DNA of 64,000 bases from an uncultured Opitutaceae bacterium (GTDB lineage Bacteria > Verrucomicrobiota > Verrucomicrobiia > Opitutales > Opitutaceae): NCBI GenBank assembly GCA_964404745.1, contig CAYOLG010000006.1:4532-68531 (forward strand), written 5' to 3'. The notes under the pieces were generated by a model. It had not been told where the DNA came from, searched no databases, and saw nothing but the letters and a program-made list of their open reading frames with translations. Made by a program: the position numbers and the translations under genes. Shown here in pieces: positions 11,001 to 20,182 of this stretch. The number at the start of each line of letters is the position of its first letter. The stretch's first letter is position 1.

Positions 11001-11424
11001 GGGAACGATCCGCTCGATCGTCACCATCCGTATCCTCAAGGATGCTAATCTGGTCAGACTTATTGGTATAGTGCTCGAGGGGATAAAGATCGAAATGGTT
11101 TTCGAACATCTTCATGCGATCGGCATTGGAAGTAATGCTGATGTCCTCGACGAGCATCATGCGTCGCTCCCGAATATCATCTACTCCAAATCGCCAACGA
11201 TTGATCTCGGCAACATACAGTCTGCCCTGCGAGTCGAAGGTGATTGCCGAAGGATTCTGGATTTGCGACTCGTCGGCCCAAAGATTGATCCTGATGTCGT
11301 TGGGCATCTCAAAATTGAGCATGCGAATGCGAGCCTTTTCGTCGTAGTATTCGCGTATAGCAGGATCGGACTCGGCCCCGAATGCAGGGATCGCCAAAAG
11401 GACCAAAAACAAGATTCTTTTCAT
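8032..11424 (-). CDS. PVC-type dehydrogenase with HEAT repeats and heme c domain
   Basis: Signal peptide MKRILF at 11424; GHDMHGLTWGPDG, GLRNPQE, CVRCH, VGPELT, MPPMG. Confidence 0.88.
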   Translation of the reverse strand: MKRILFLVLLAIPAFGAESDPAIREYYDEKARIRMLNFEMPNDIRINLWADESQIQNPSAITFDSQGRLYVAEINRWRFGVDDIRERRMMLVEDISITSNADRMKMFENHFDLYPLEHYTNKSDQISILEDTDGDDRADRSRIFADGFNDPLDGPGIGLIERDGKIYYTNIPHLWMLEDLDGDGISDKRTSLQDGFGIRMSFSGHDMHGLTWGPDGKLYWSIGDRGYNVHTKEGKHFYGPNKGAVFRCDPDGSNVELFYDGLRNPQELAWDDYGNLFTADNDADGVDLERINYLVEGGDSGWHAGHQSIMSFTKDLDLRSFKYTGDAQLPLAWITEYAWKVRDDRQAAFILPGIGQIIGGPSGFVFNPSSSMGEKYDDKFFVIIYKGSLTQSYISMFNVEEDGASYKMVNNETFFRGSNCVDIDFGPDGKLYFSDYNYGGWLNQDVGNIYTLEVPGEIDDEEVAENESLLLSDFSRKSIAELTRLLDRDHQHIRQKSQFELAKRGLAGVGAFTRTATNEKDSTFSRIHGIWGLGQMAASEGKSVLDPLLELLSDDNDQVRIQSARVLGDHRVAKAADLLVTALRDRHPRTAMYAGIGLGRIGYQAAVSELLALLERNADQDLWLRHGAVMGLAGIEKDAWRHAMSHESKYVRMGALLALRKLSDPEIARFLRDEETALSYEAIRAINDLPLLSVQSELAELIEDYLPGRTGEMPDSEIGAFMHHRIINANYYGAKAGNARSLLRYASNPDLPARLRQEALAAIEGWNDQNPIDTTTGLSRENPAVREPIDAVVRSEIAAVLETAESDVLVQSTRVAQLYGFDVDREVLIAQLKDEAMESEVRVSALDTLAKRKDPALADLAKQFIGDADPALWASALEGLLVADVQEGVQKAVAAVENGPLLVKQRAIALLGKQSDAPSAEFLESGLRAILDGEGAANTMLDVIEASRNRQENGIQDLVAAYDQSIMIATPTEKYAASLSGGSVDRGRDIFMNHGAAQCVRCHIVDGYGAEVGPELTTIGQIRDSAYLLEAIVDPGAAVAPGYGTMVLTQKNGQTISGLLMSENSDWVELKMPDGTIQTIDNEAIASKQPPISGMPPMGLLLNPGEVRDLVAYLGSLKGKRGKKSETEHE

Positions 11425-11459
11425 AATTTGTGTATCGTAATTAATAAGCGGAAATGAAC

Positions 11460-12536
11460 TCACGTGGAAACGAGGCGAACGCATGTACAAGCAGGGATTC
11501 CCTCCACGGTTTCCAGGGCCGTTAGCTTCCCTGACTCGCTATCGACAGCGAAGTAGACAATGTTGTTCGAGTCTCGGTTGGCTACGGCCAGCAAATCGCC
11601 TTTTGGGCTGATTGTGAAGTTGCGTGGGTGCCCCCCACCAGACCCGACTCGCTGGGCAGGCGTTAGGGATCCATCGCTTTCGCCAATTCTAAATACCGCT
11701 ATACTGTCGTGTCCACGGTTCGAGGCGTATAGAAAGCGGTTCGTTGGATGGACAAGAACCTCAGCGGAGATATTCAACTCGCTAAAATCCTCCGGCAAGG
11801 TCGAAGTGACTCCGCCCAGTTCTAGGACACCGTCTTCAGCATCCCATTCATAGTGGCCAATCGTCCCATTCAATTCATTTAGCCCATAAACCCAGCGACC
11901 ATCGCCATGAAAGGCCAAGTGCCTAGGGCCAGCCCCAGCCGCAGTCTCTACAAAGGGCCGTTCTGCTGCCTCGAGTCGCCCTGTTTCAGCATCAAAGCGA
12001 TAGAGCCAAATACGATCCATGCCTAGATCGCAAACAAAGGCATATCGATTGGTCGGGTCCGTGTAAATCGAATGGGCATGTGGGGCTTCTTGGCGATCGG
12101 GAAGGACCATTGAACCCTCTCCCTCCAGTTTAATCGACTGGACCAAAGGCTGGAGCTCGCCTGCTTCATTCAAGGGGAAAACGGATATCATGGCATCGCC
12201 ATAGCTGGTCCCCAGGAGCCAGCGTTCCGTTCGATCCAAATTGATGTGACACATGCCCTGCCCCGCAGCTTCCTGGCAATTAATCGGCTCCAAGTCGCTT
12301 CCTTTCCCTGGACGCTTGAAAGCTTTGGCCAATCCGCGCCCATCCGCTCCTGTGGCGATTGAGTAAAGGATCGATCGATCCGCATTGAGGCGGAGAAACC
12401 CCGCCTTCGCTTCTACCGTGAGCAATTCTGGTTCACTCAAACTGAACGGATTTCGGGCGATACGCTGGCGGTAGATCCCATCCTCGGCTCCTTGGGCACT
12501 GGTTCCATAGTAGGCAATCAGGTCTCCTTTGCTCAT
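11460..12536 (-). CDS. Lactonase, 7-bladed beta-propeller (6-phosphogluconolactonase YbhE/Pgl family)
   Basis: PHAHSI, DLGMD, GAGPRHLAFH, LYASNRGHDSI and PRNF motifs; start uncertain. Confidence 0.92.
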   Translation of the reverse strand: MSKGDLIAYYGTSAQGAEDGIYRQRIARNPFSLSEPELLTVEAKAGFLRLNADRSILYSIATGADGRGLAKAFKRPGKGSDLEPINCQEAAGQGMCHINLDRTERWLLGTSYGDAMISVFPLNEAGELQPLVQSIKLEGEGSMVLPDRQEAPHAHSIYTDPTNRYAFVCDLGMDRIWLYRFDAETGRLEAAERPFVETAAGAGPRHLAFHGDGRWVYGLNELNGTIGHYEWDAEDGVLELGGVTSTLPEDFSELNISAEVLVHPTNRFLYASNRGHDSIAVFRIGESDGSLTPAQRVGSGGGHPRNFTISPKGDLLAVANRDSNNIVYFAVDSESGKLTALETVEGIPACTCVRLVST

Positions 12537-12652
12537 CGCCGCCCAAGCAAAGCGTAAACGCGGAAATTGCAAGGAACGACTCGGCAATCATTCATATTTT
12601 GATGTTCCCGAGCCCGAAGACGCGATTGTTTCACTGGAATTGTCCCACGTTG

Positions 12653-12677
12653 GTTCCTTCGCAAGCGAGCTTCCTAC
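12653..12677 (-). repeat. Solitary GTAGGA-type REP-like hairpin
   Basis: Reverse complement gtaggaagctcgcttgcgaaggaac resembles the elements at 34451 and 46103. Confidence 0.4.
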
Positions 12678-12770
12678 ACCGACAAACGACTTTAGGTGAC
12701 GCATATGCTCGACGTTCGCCACTCAAAGTATTGCTGGACCCCGTCCTAGCAATGGCGCTATAGGACGTAC

Positions 12771-13802
12771 GTGTTAACGAGAAATTCCAGGAACGGGTTG
12801 TCGATCGCCGCCATCGCTTCCATAGGCGTTTTCGTTGCGTTCGCTTCCAGTGATCGCCCCTCCTCAAGAACGGCTACTGCCGAGGGCTACCGCATCACCG
12901 TACAGCGCCTGCCAGACAACCCAATCATCTCTTATGCTTCTTCGGATACGCTGGGCGCGAAAATAAATGGCCCCTCCCTGATTCGCGTGCCGGATTGGAT
13001 CGAAAACCCGCTGGGCAAGTACTACCTCTATTTCGCCCACCACGATGGAAAATTCATTCGCCTTGCTTACGCAGACCGGGTGGACGGGCCTTGGGTAGTC
13101 CATGAGCCCGGAACCTTGAGACTCGAGCAGACTAGCGCTTTCGTTGGCCACATCGCCTCTCCTGATGTCCACGTGGACGACGCGAACCGCCAAATTCTAA
13201 TGTACTTCCATGGATCGCGGGAAGACGAAAATCAGAAAACCGCCCTGGCGATTTCTAGCGATGGGCTGGCATTCACAGCAGGAAACGAGATCCTCGGATC
13301 CGCTTACTTCCGCGTTTTTCAATATGAAGATTTCTACTACGCCATCGATGCTCACGGATTTCTAAATCGTTCCCGGCATCCCGATCGCGAATGGACTCGC
13401 TCGGAGCGAGAATTGGTCGAGCCTATTGCCATAGAGGATGAATTCGGCAAACGAGACGATCTGCGTATCCGTCACTCAGCTACATGGATCCGAGACGGAA
13501 ACCTGTTTCTATTTTACAGCCGCAAATCCGACGCTCCCGAACGCATCATGCTTAGCATCGTTCCTCTCAGCCGCAACTGGGCTTCTTGGAAAGCGAGCCG
13601 GCCAGTGGAGATCCTTCGCCCCGAAACAGCCTACGAAGGGATCAAGTTTCCCATCAAGCCATCCAAAAAGGGCGGCGGCATCAACCGGCAGGAATTGCGC
13701 GACCCCTATATTTTCCACGACGAAGGACGAGCCTATCTGATCTATTCCATAGCCGGAGAAATGGGTCTAGCTATCGCCGAACTTTGGATCGAGAAAGTTT
13801 AG
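12771..13802 (+). CDS. Secreted five-bladed beta-propeller, glycoside-hydrolase-like protein of unknown family
   Basis: Hydrophobic leader; YYLYFAHH, IASPDV and ELRDPYIF repeats resemble GH43/32/130-clan blades. Confidence 0.55.
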   Translation: MLTRNSRNGLSIAAIASIGVFVAFASSDRPSSRTATAEGYRITVQRLPDNPIISYASSDTLGAKINGPSLIRVPDWIENPLGKYYLYFAHHDGKFIRLAYADRVDGPWVVHEPGTLRLEQTSAFVGHIASPDVHVDDANRQILMYFHGSREDENQKTALAISSDGLAFTAGNEILGSAYFRVFQYEDFYYAIDAHGFLNRSRHPDREWTRSERELVEPIAIEDEFGKRDDLRIRHSATWIRDGNLFLFYSRKSDAPERIMLSIVPLSRNWASWKASRPVEILRPETAYEGIKFPIKPSKKGGGINRQELRDPYIFHDEGRAYLIYSIAGEMGLAIAELWIEKV

Positions 13803-13811
13803 CTGGGTTTT

Positions 13812-13883
13812 GGTTGGAGGACTGAGCCAGTCCTCCCAACCTAAACGCGCAACTGGCAGGGTAGATCGGCTCGGTCCTCCGAT
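13812..13883. repeat. Degenerate REP family A copies
   Basis: ggttggaggactgagccagtcctcccaacc and gatcggctcggtcctcc resemble family A. Confidence 0.6.
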
Positions 13884-13894
13884 TAGCCTGTTTC

Positions 13895-13926
13895 AAAAAA
13901 AGCGGCGACCCGCAGGTTGCCGCTTT
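13895..13926 (-). terminator. Rho-independent terminator of the Gfo/Idh/MocA gene
   Basis: Minus strand: GCGGCAACC-TGCG-GGTCGCCGC followed by T7. Confidence 0.8.
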
Positions 13927-13950
13927 GGAAACATCAATTTATTGGATACT

Positions 13951-15234
13951 TTAGGTGCGCCGTCTGATTTCCGCTCCATTGCCTGGGATCGGCACCACGT
14001 TTTCTTCCGGCATTGCAACCGAACCCTTTTCGAAATCCTCGGCCTGAACGCTTACCTTCAAGTCGTAATACTTTGACTCCGTATTCTCCATCAAATCGCG
14101 AAAGCGGATAAAGTCGCCGGTATAGGCAGCGTAGCGTCCCATGATGGCTACCGCGGTCGATTCGGCGATCTGACGGGCCTCGTTAATGGGCTCTCCTTTG
14201 CGGGCGCTCTTGATCCAGTTGATCAATTCCTGAACGTTGCCATCCTTGTCCATGACATCGAATTTGGGGATGGATACGTCTTTTCCGACTAGTTTGCCCC
14301 CGCCATTCACTTCGCCCTTGGAACCTCGGAAAAATTCGCCAACCCGAGAATAGGCTCCGCTGATTTGCCGGCACTGGCTGTGGATATGCACGCCATCGCC
14401 ATAGTCCAAGTCCAAGCTGAAGAAGTCGTAATTATTACCCGTTTCACGACGGGCTCGACCGCCGAAGCCAACAACCGAAACAGGCGTCCGGCCAAGGAAC
14501 CAATTAGCCACGTCGATGTTGTGGACGTGCTGCTCGCCCAAGTGGTCGCCCGACATTTCCGACCAATTCAACCAATTCCTGGCCAAATAGTCAGCATCGC
14601 TCCACCCCTTTTGTCGCTCCCAGATCCAAGGCACCGAACCATTCCAGCTTACGGTTCCGCCAAGAATTTCTCCGATGGCTCCGTTTTGGATCTTGGCCGC
14701 ATTCTCCATGTAGCCAATCGTATGGCGTCGCTGCGTGCCTGCCAAGATAGCCAATCCCTTTTTCTTAGCTCGCTCACCGGCCGCGATAACGCGACGGCAG
14801 CCAGGAGCATCAACCGCGACCGGCTTCTGCATCAACACATGCTTGCCTGCGTCGACCAATGTATCCAAATGCAAGGGACGGAAGGAAGGCGGCGTAATCA
14901 GCATGACGAATTCGGCATCGCTCTCAGCCACCTTCTGATAGGCATCCCAACCAACGATGCATTTGTCGCGGCTAACTCCATACTTGTCCGCCTGCTCGAA
15001 AGCCTTGTCTTCGAAGGCGTCCGCCAAAGCTACGAATTCGGCTTCCAGGCCAAGCATTTCGCAGGCTTTGATAAAATTAGGGATGTCCCTGTTTGAACGC
15101 CCTCCGCAACCGATAGTCGCGACTTTAACCTTGCGATTCTTGACTGCAGCCGCTCCAGCTGTCGACATTAGCGTTCCAGCAGCGGCAAACGATGTCGCTG
15201 CGGTCTTTACGAATTTCCGTCTAGTGAACTCCAT
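13951..15234 (-). CDS. Tat-exported Gfo/Idh/MocA oxidoreductase
   Basis: TRRKF Tat motif, IGCGGR, QKPVA, GTQRRH, EQHVHNID. Confidence 0.9.
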   Translation of the reverse strand: MEFTRRKFVKTAATSFAAAGTLMSTAGAAAVKNRKVKVATIGCGGRSNRDIPNFIKACEMLGLEAEFVALADAFEDKAFEQADKYGVSRDKCIVGWDAYQKVAESDAEFVMLITPPSFRPLHLDTLVDAGKHVLMQKPVAVDAPGCRRVIAAGERAKKKGLAILAGTQRRHTIGYMENAAKIQNGAIGEILGGTVSWNGSVPWIWERQKGWSDADYLARNWLNWSEMSGDHLGEQHVHNIDVANWFLGRTPVSVVGFGGRARRETGNNYDFFSLDLDYGDGVHIHSQCRQISGAYSRVGEFFRGSKGEVNGGGKLVGKDVSIPKFDVMDKDGNVQELINWIKSARKGEPINEARQIAESTAVAIMGRYAAYTGDFIRFRDLMENTESKYYDLKVSVQAEDFEKGSVAMPEENVVPIPGNGAEIRRRT

Positions 15235-15543
15235 ATGATTTCCTAATTTGAGGGGTGAACGATTCTGGTCTTCCGCACGGCAGCATCTATGCCGCTGCGC
15301 TTCCCAATATGTTAAATTCAAGAAAGACTATCCTCGGCGAATGTCGAGAAAAGCCTTCCGGGGGCCGAGAAACGAAGCATTAAATCGTTTTCGAGCGATT
15401 CAAACCCTTCAATCTATCGCGGTTTGCCCCAGCAAAGTACCAATTTTACCTCATCGTAACTCAACCGTCTCTTTCCTGATTGAAATCGCCCTCCTTGAGG
15501 CGCGTTCTTCTTGGATTATCGTTACAACGATGCAACGAACGAC

Positions 15544-16725
15544 GTGAATATCTCCCTCGTAACCGAAACCTATACTCCTGAGGTCAATGGCGTCGCGATG
15601 ACGCTAAGCCAACTCGTCAACCATCTCCGAAGCCGCGGGCATAAAGTACAAGTGGTTCGACCACGCCAGAAACAAGAAAGTCCCGGCCTACAGGATAACG
15701 AAAAAACGGTAAGCGTTCGGGGAGCTCCCATTCCTCGTTACCCCGATCTCAGATTCGGCCTGCCATGCGGAAATCGCCTCCGGAGCTCTTGGAGACAATT
15801 TCAGCCAGATATAATTCACGTAGCCACGGAGGGCCCTCTGGGACTTTCGGCGATTCGAGCGGCCAAACGGCTTTCCATTCCATGCACCTCAACGTTTCAC
15901 ACCAATTTCCATGAGTACTCCAAGCACTACAATGCTCCCTTGCTCATGAAGGGCGTTCTCGCCTATCTTAGGTGGATTCACAATCAAACCTGCTGCACCA
16001 TGCATCCAACCCAGGAGCTAGCCGATGCTCTGGAAAAGAGCGGTTTCTTGAACAACCAGGTTTTCGGCCGAGGCGTTGATCTCGCCGCCTTTCACCCTGG
16101 CGCCCGCGACGAGTCGCTCAGATCCAAATGGGGAGCAGGATCCGAAGACACCATAGTCCTGCATGTAAGCCGTTTTGCTGCCGAAAAGAACTACGAATTG
16201 CTTTTCAAGAGCTATCGCAAAATACTGAATACGCTCCCCCATGCGAGATTCGTTGTCGTTGGAGACGGACCAGTGAGAGCGAAATGGGAGCGGGCCTTTC
16301 CGGAGGCGATCTATACTGGCGTGATTTCCTTAGAGAATCGGGCCGAGCTCGGCCAAATCTATGCATCGTCCGACGTCTTTCTTTATCCCAGCAATACGGA
16401 AACTTACGGAAACGTTCTAACGGAAGCCATGGCCAGCGGCAATGCTTGCCTCGCCTTCAATTACGCCGCCGCCGCGATTCATATTGAGGATGGCGTTAAT
16501 GGACTAACCGTTCCAATGGGCGATGAGGAACAATTTCTCGAGAGAAGCTTGGACCTCGTGAAGAATGTCGCTCTGCAAAAACGGCTGGGACAAAGCGCGG
16601 CCGACTACGCAGTCGAGCATCTCGACTGGGTTCCTGTGGTGGACCAATTTGAGTCACTGCTTTTTCAATACGCGGACAAGCCTACAGACAAGAGCCCCAA
16701 CGCCCAAAACCGAACGAATCAATAG
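15544..16725 (+). CDS. Glycosyltransferase family 4
   Basis: TETYTPEVNGVA, HVATEGPLG, FHTNF and ETYGNVLTEAMASG (E-x7-E) motifs; GTG start preferred. Confidence 0.9.
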   Translation: MNISLVTETYTPEVNGVAMTLSQLVNHLRSRGHKVQVVRPRQKQESPGLQDNEKTVSVRGAPIPRYPDLRFGLPCGNRLRSSWRQFQPDIIHVATEGPLGLSAIRAAKRLSIPCTSTFHTNFHEYSKHYNAPLLMKGVLAYLRWIHNQTCCTMHPTQELADALEKSGFLNNQVFGRGVDLAAFHPGARDESLRSKWGAGSEDTIVLHVSRFAAEKNYELLFKSYRKILNTLPHARFVVVGDGPVRAKWERAFPEAIYTGVISLENRAELGQIYASSDVFLYPSNTETYGNVLTEAMASGNACLAFNYAAAAIHIEDGVNGLTVPMGDEEQFLERSLDLVKNVALQKRLGQSAADYAVEHLDWVPVVDQFESLLFQYADKPTDKSPNAQNRTNQ

Positions 16726-16740
16726 CTGTATTCGCTCGAC

Positions 16741-19700
16741 CTACTTTCCGCCTAGCGTGGCTAAGTAGGCCACTACGTCTCTCAGCTCCCGCTTGGTTAA
16801 TACGAAACCCATCGCAGGCATAGTCGATATAGGTTCGGTCCGTGAGACGATATTGGTCTTCGGAATGCGCTGGGCATCTTCTCTATCGACGGAAAGTATG
16901 TCTATCGAATCGCTGTCCTCCTCGCCAGCGATACCGCTAACCGTCGATCCATCTTTCAAGGTAATCGACACCACTCCATAGCCAGGAGCAATATCAGCTT
17001 GGGGATCGATCAGCGAGCGGAGCAGATAAGTCCGATCTTTACTGGAGCCTATCGATTTTAGGTCAGGGCCCATCTTGCTGCCCGACTCGGACGAGAATCG
17101 ATGGCAACGTACGCACTGGCCGCCCAAATGCGTGTTGATCACCTTTTCGCCGGCATCTGGATCGCCTCCTTCTAAAGATTCCATGTAGGGCCCGTTGGGA
17201 TCGCCTACCGGACGATTGGCCTCGAAAGTGGCGATAGCATCATCGAAGCCGGCCGCCTTCGCTGCCTCGATCACATCCAAAAGCAAAGGGGCCGGCACAG
17301 AAGCCGAATCCAGCTTTCCGGCCCATTGGCCAATCGCTGAATGCGCCTCAGGCGAGTCGATCGAAGCCAAGGCCATGAGGGCGTTCTGCTTTTCCTGAAC
17401 CAATTCCGAGTTGTCCAGGATACCTGCTAATACCTTAGTTGCTCGTTGCGGATCCTTGGCAATTAGTAGCGATGCCGCCGTTGCCCTCAGGAGCGAGCTC
17501 CGGGCGTTCAACGCGTATTCAAGCGCCTCGCTCGTACCAAGCGACTCCAATGCGCGAGACCGGAGCGACTCAGGCGCCTCGGCATTGCGAAGCAAATCGT
17601 CTAAAGCGACCTGGGAAAGGCTAACGCCTAGATGCGAAGCGGTTTCCACAACCTTTTGCAAAAACACGCTATCAGGCGTTAAAAGCAAGGAGTTCAATAC
17701 CGGCTCAACCACGTCCACGACGGCTTGACGCGAACGGGGGCCCAATGGACGGGCCCTTCCGTCTACCCGATCCAAAACCGGCGTATCAACCCAGGCATAC
17801 AAGGCATCCAAGGCTGCGTTTCTCAGTTGGGAATCAACGCTTTCACGAGACGCCAAAGCGACTACTCGGTCGACGTCTTCCAATCTTCCTAGCCGGAGAT
17901 TCGCGTTGATCACCCGATTGGCCAAGGCTAGATCGCCAAAGTCAAGATCCCCACCGATCAAAGAAGCCAGAGCGGGCATAGCTTCGGGTATGGAAAGATC
18001 GTCATGAATAGCTAAGGCGGCTTCTCTGACAACAGCGGGCGAGCTGTCTTTCAAAAAGCTGACCACTGCCGGACTCCTCGTTTTTCTCAAAGCGACCACT
18101 GCCGAAATTCTCGCCTCCTCGCTGCGGTGGGAAGACAAGCGTTCCGCTCCTCCAATCCCCTTTAGGGCCATAATTCCAGAGTGCCTTAAGTATTGGTCTT
18201 CAACTCCATTCGCCTCGATCATTTCAACCACCGAGCCGAAGGCCTCCTCTACGCCATGGTTTCCGACCGCTAAGCCAGCTTGGAAGCGGACGCGCGGATC
18301 GCTTGAGGCGAGGAAAGGAATGAGCTTCTCTCCGTTAAAGGATCCAGGATCCAGGTCCGCTAATGCTTTGATCACTTGCGCTTGGATCTCAGAATCGTCG
18401 TCGTCGAGCAAATACAACAATTGCTCGATTGCCAAGCTATCCCCTCGGCGGGCCAATTGGCTCAAACCCCAAACGGCATGAATGCGTTTAATGCGCTCGC
18501 GACCATTCGACTCCTTTGTCAATGTCTCTCTCTCGGTTCGGGCAACCAGTTCGAACTGGGCCTTCAGGCGGATTCTTTGATCCTCGTGCCCAAGCAAGTT
18601 CCGGACCTCCCTAGTCCCCTTAGTCGTAAGCCCTTCTGCCAGCAACTGGGCCACGGCTTCGCGTTGCTTACGGTCAGCTCCCGATTTGTCATCGATCTTC
18701 CAGATCGCCCCCCGCTGATTGAGCGGATAGCCGCCGCCCCAATCGACGGAGTACAAGGCTCCATCAGGACCTACCGTCATTCCTATCAGAGGAATTCCCG
18801 CCCCGATTTGGTGGGAGTTGATCATGCGAAATGACGCTCCAGCTTGCTCGACTTGAAATGCGTACTGAGCTCCATTCAAAGTGCTGTTGACGAAAAAGTA
18901 GTCCTTGTATTGGGGATTCAATGCCGTGCCGGGATTAAAAACAAATCCAGCTGGACCGTCTACGTAATTGCTGATCGGCGGAACGATATAAGCTGGCTGG
19001 CCCTGAAACCAAGGCTTCCACAAGCCTTCCGCCATCCAGGGATTATAGCCATCGCCCCGGTATTGATAGTTGCACCGCCATCCAGCATCCATGCCTTCTA
19101 CGATGTGGACGAATCGCTCGGACTCCCCTTTCTGATCAGAGTCGTTATCAACTCCAAACCAGTTACCATAAGCGTCGAAGGCGAACTCTTGAACGTTTCT
19201 TAAACCATGAGCAAATACTTCGAAATCGCTTCCATCCGGATTGCAACGCATGACGCCGCCTTGATTTGGAAAATAGAATCGCCGACCATCCTTGGAACGG
19301 GTATTTATTCCTTTGTCACCGATCGACCAATACAATTTCCCATCCGGCCCCATAATTAGGCCATGCATATCGTGTCCCGCGTAGGCGATATGAATTCCAT
19401 AGCCTGTCGAGATAATCTCGCGATCGTCGGCGATCCCGTCGCCGTTCGAATCTTTCAGCCTCCAAACATCCGGAGCGATGGTGGCATAGAGATCCCCCCG
19501 ATCCCAGAGCACGCCAGCCGCAATTCCCGTCACCTCAGAATTGAATCCTTCCGCGAATAGGCGAATATCGTCCGCTGTTCCATCGCTGTCTCGATCCGTA
19601 ACTCGATAGATCCGTTCACTAGACACCATCAGGTCCCGATAGTCGTGCACACCATCTCCATTGTGATCCGCTACCCGCTCAGCGTTCGCCTCCGAGGTAG

Positions 19701-20028
19701 CCGCATCAAGCCGCGAACGAAACAGTAATCGCTTCGCTTCCACGCTATCGAGAGCCACGTCGTCGGGAATCCAATCCCGGTTTTGCCGAATATCCAAGTC
19801 CTGCGATTTTCGCCTCTGCGTCTGGGTCACATAAGCGGTTCCTTGATCATCAAAGGTAATCGATACGGGGTCCGGAACGTTAACCTCCCCCGACCACTTG
19901 CTGTAATCCAGCGTATGAGAATGATTATCCGCTAAGCTGACTGCAGCCCCCGCGATAAAAAACGCCAATGAAAGCCCCGTTTTCGGGAGTCGCTCTGGCC
20001 AAAATCCTCTAAAATTGTTCGCCCTCAT
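16741..20028 (-). CDS. PVC-type dehydrogenase with HEAT repeats and heme c domain (paralog of 8032-11424)
   Basis: Signal peptide; GHDMHGLIMGPDG, GLRNVQE, CVRCH, MGPDL, STMPAMG. Confidence 0.88.
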   Translation of the reverse strand: MRANNFRGFWPERLPKTGLSLAFFIAGAAVSLADNHSHTLDYSKWSGEVNVPDPVSITFDDQGTAYVTQTQRRKSQDLDIRQNRDWIPDDVALDSVEAKRLLFRSRLDAATSEANAERVADHNGDGVHDYRDLMVSSERIYRVTDRDSDGTADDIRLFAEGFNSEVTGIAAGVLWDRGDLYATIAPDVWRLKDSNGDGIADDREIISTGYGIHIAYAGHDMHGLIMGPDGKLYWSIGDKGINTRSKDGRRFYFPNQGGVMRCNPDGSDFEVFAHGLRNVQEFAFDAYGNWFGVDNDSDQKGESERFVHIVEGMDAGWRCNYQYRGDGYNPWMAEGLWKPWFQGQPAYIVPPISNYVDGPAGFVFNPGTALNPQYKDYFFVNSTLNGAQYAFQVEQAGASFRMINSHQIGAGIPLIGMTVGPDGALYSVDWGGGYPLNQRGAIWKIDDKSGADRKQREAVAQLLAEGLTTKGTREVRNLLGHEDQRIRLKAQFELVARTERETLTKESNGRERIKRIHAVWGLSQLARRGDSLAIEQLLYLLDDDDSEIQAQVIKALADLDPGSFNGEKLIPFLASSDPRVRFQAGLAVGNHGVEEAFGSVVEMIEANGVEDQYLRHSGIMALKGIGGAERLSSHRSEEARISAVVALRKTRSPAVVSFLKDSSPAVVREAALAIHDDLSIPEAMPALASLIGGDLDFGDLALANRVINANLRLGRLEDVDRVVALASRESVDSQLRNAALDALYAWVDTPVLDRVDGRARPLGPRSRQAVVDVVEPVLNSLLLTPDSVFLQKVVETASHLGVSLSQVALDDLLRNAEAPESLRSRALESLGTSEALEYALNARSSLLRATAASLLIAKDPQRATKVLAGILDNSELVQEKQNALMALASIDSPEAHSAIGQWAGKLDSASVPAPLLLDVIEAAKAAGFDDAIATFEANRPVGDPNGPYMESLEGGDPDAGEKVINTHLGGQCVRCHRFSSESGSKMGPDLKSIGSSKDRTYLLRSLIDPQADIAPGYGVVSITLKDGSTVSGIAGEEDSDSIDILSVDREDAQRIPKTNIVSRTEPISTMPAMGFVLTKRELRDVVAYLATLGGK

Positions 20029-20182
20029 GTACTAAAAGTGGCCTATCCCATGATTCAACATTGGCGGGGATGCGAGGGAAATTTGCCCAGCCAACTACTG
20101 ATAGATGAGCTCACGCATTTCTCCTCTTGCATTGACTCGATTGCCTGACTACGGCATTCAGGCTATCGAATAACGCTACTCC

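Noticed and set aside
14365-15096. Long antisense ORFs (also 23648..24286, 62862..63557, 44293..44886)
   Set aside because: They shadow well-supported genes on another strand or frame and carry no family motifs.
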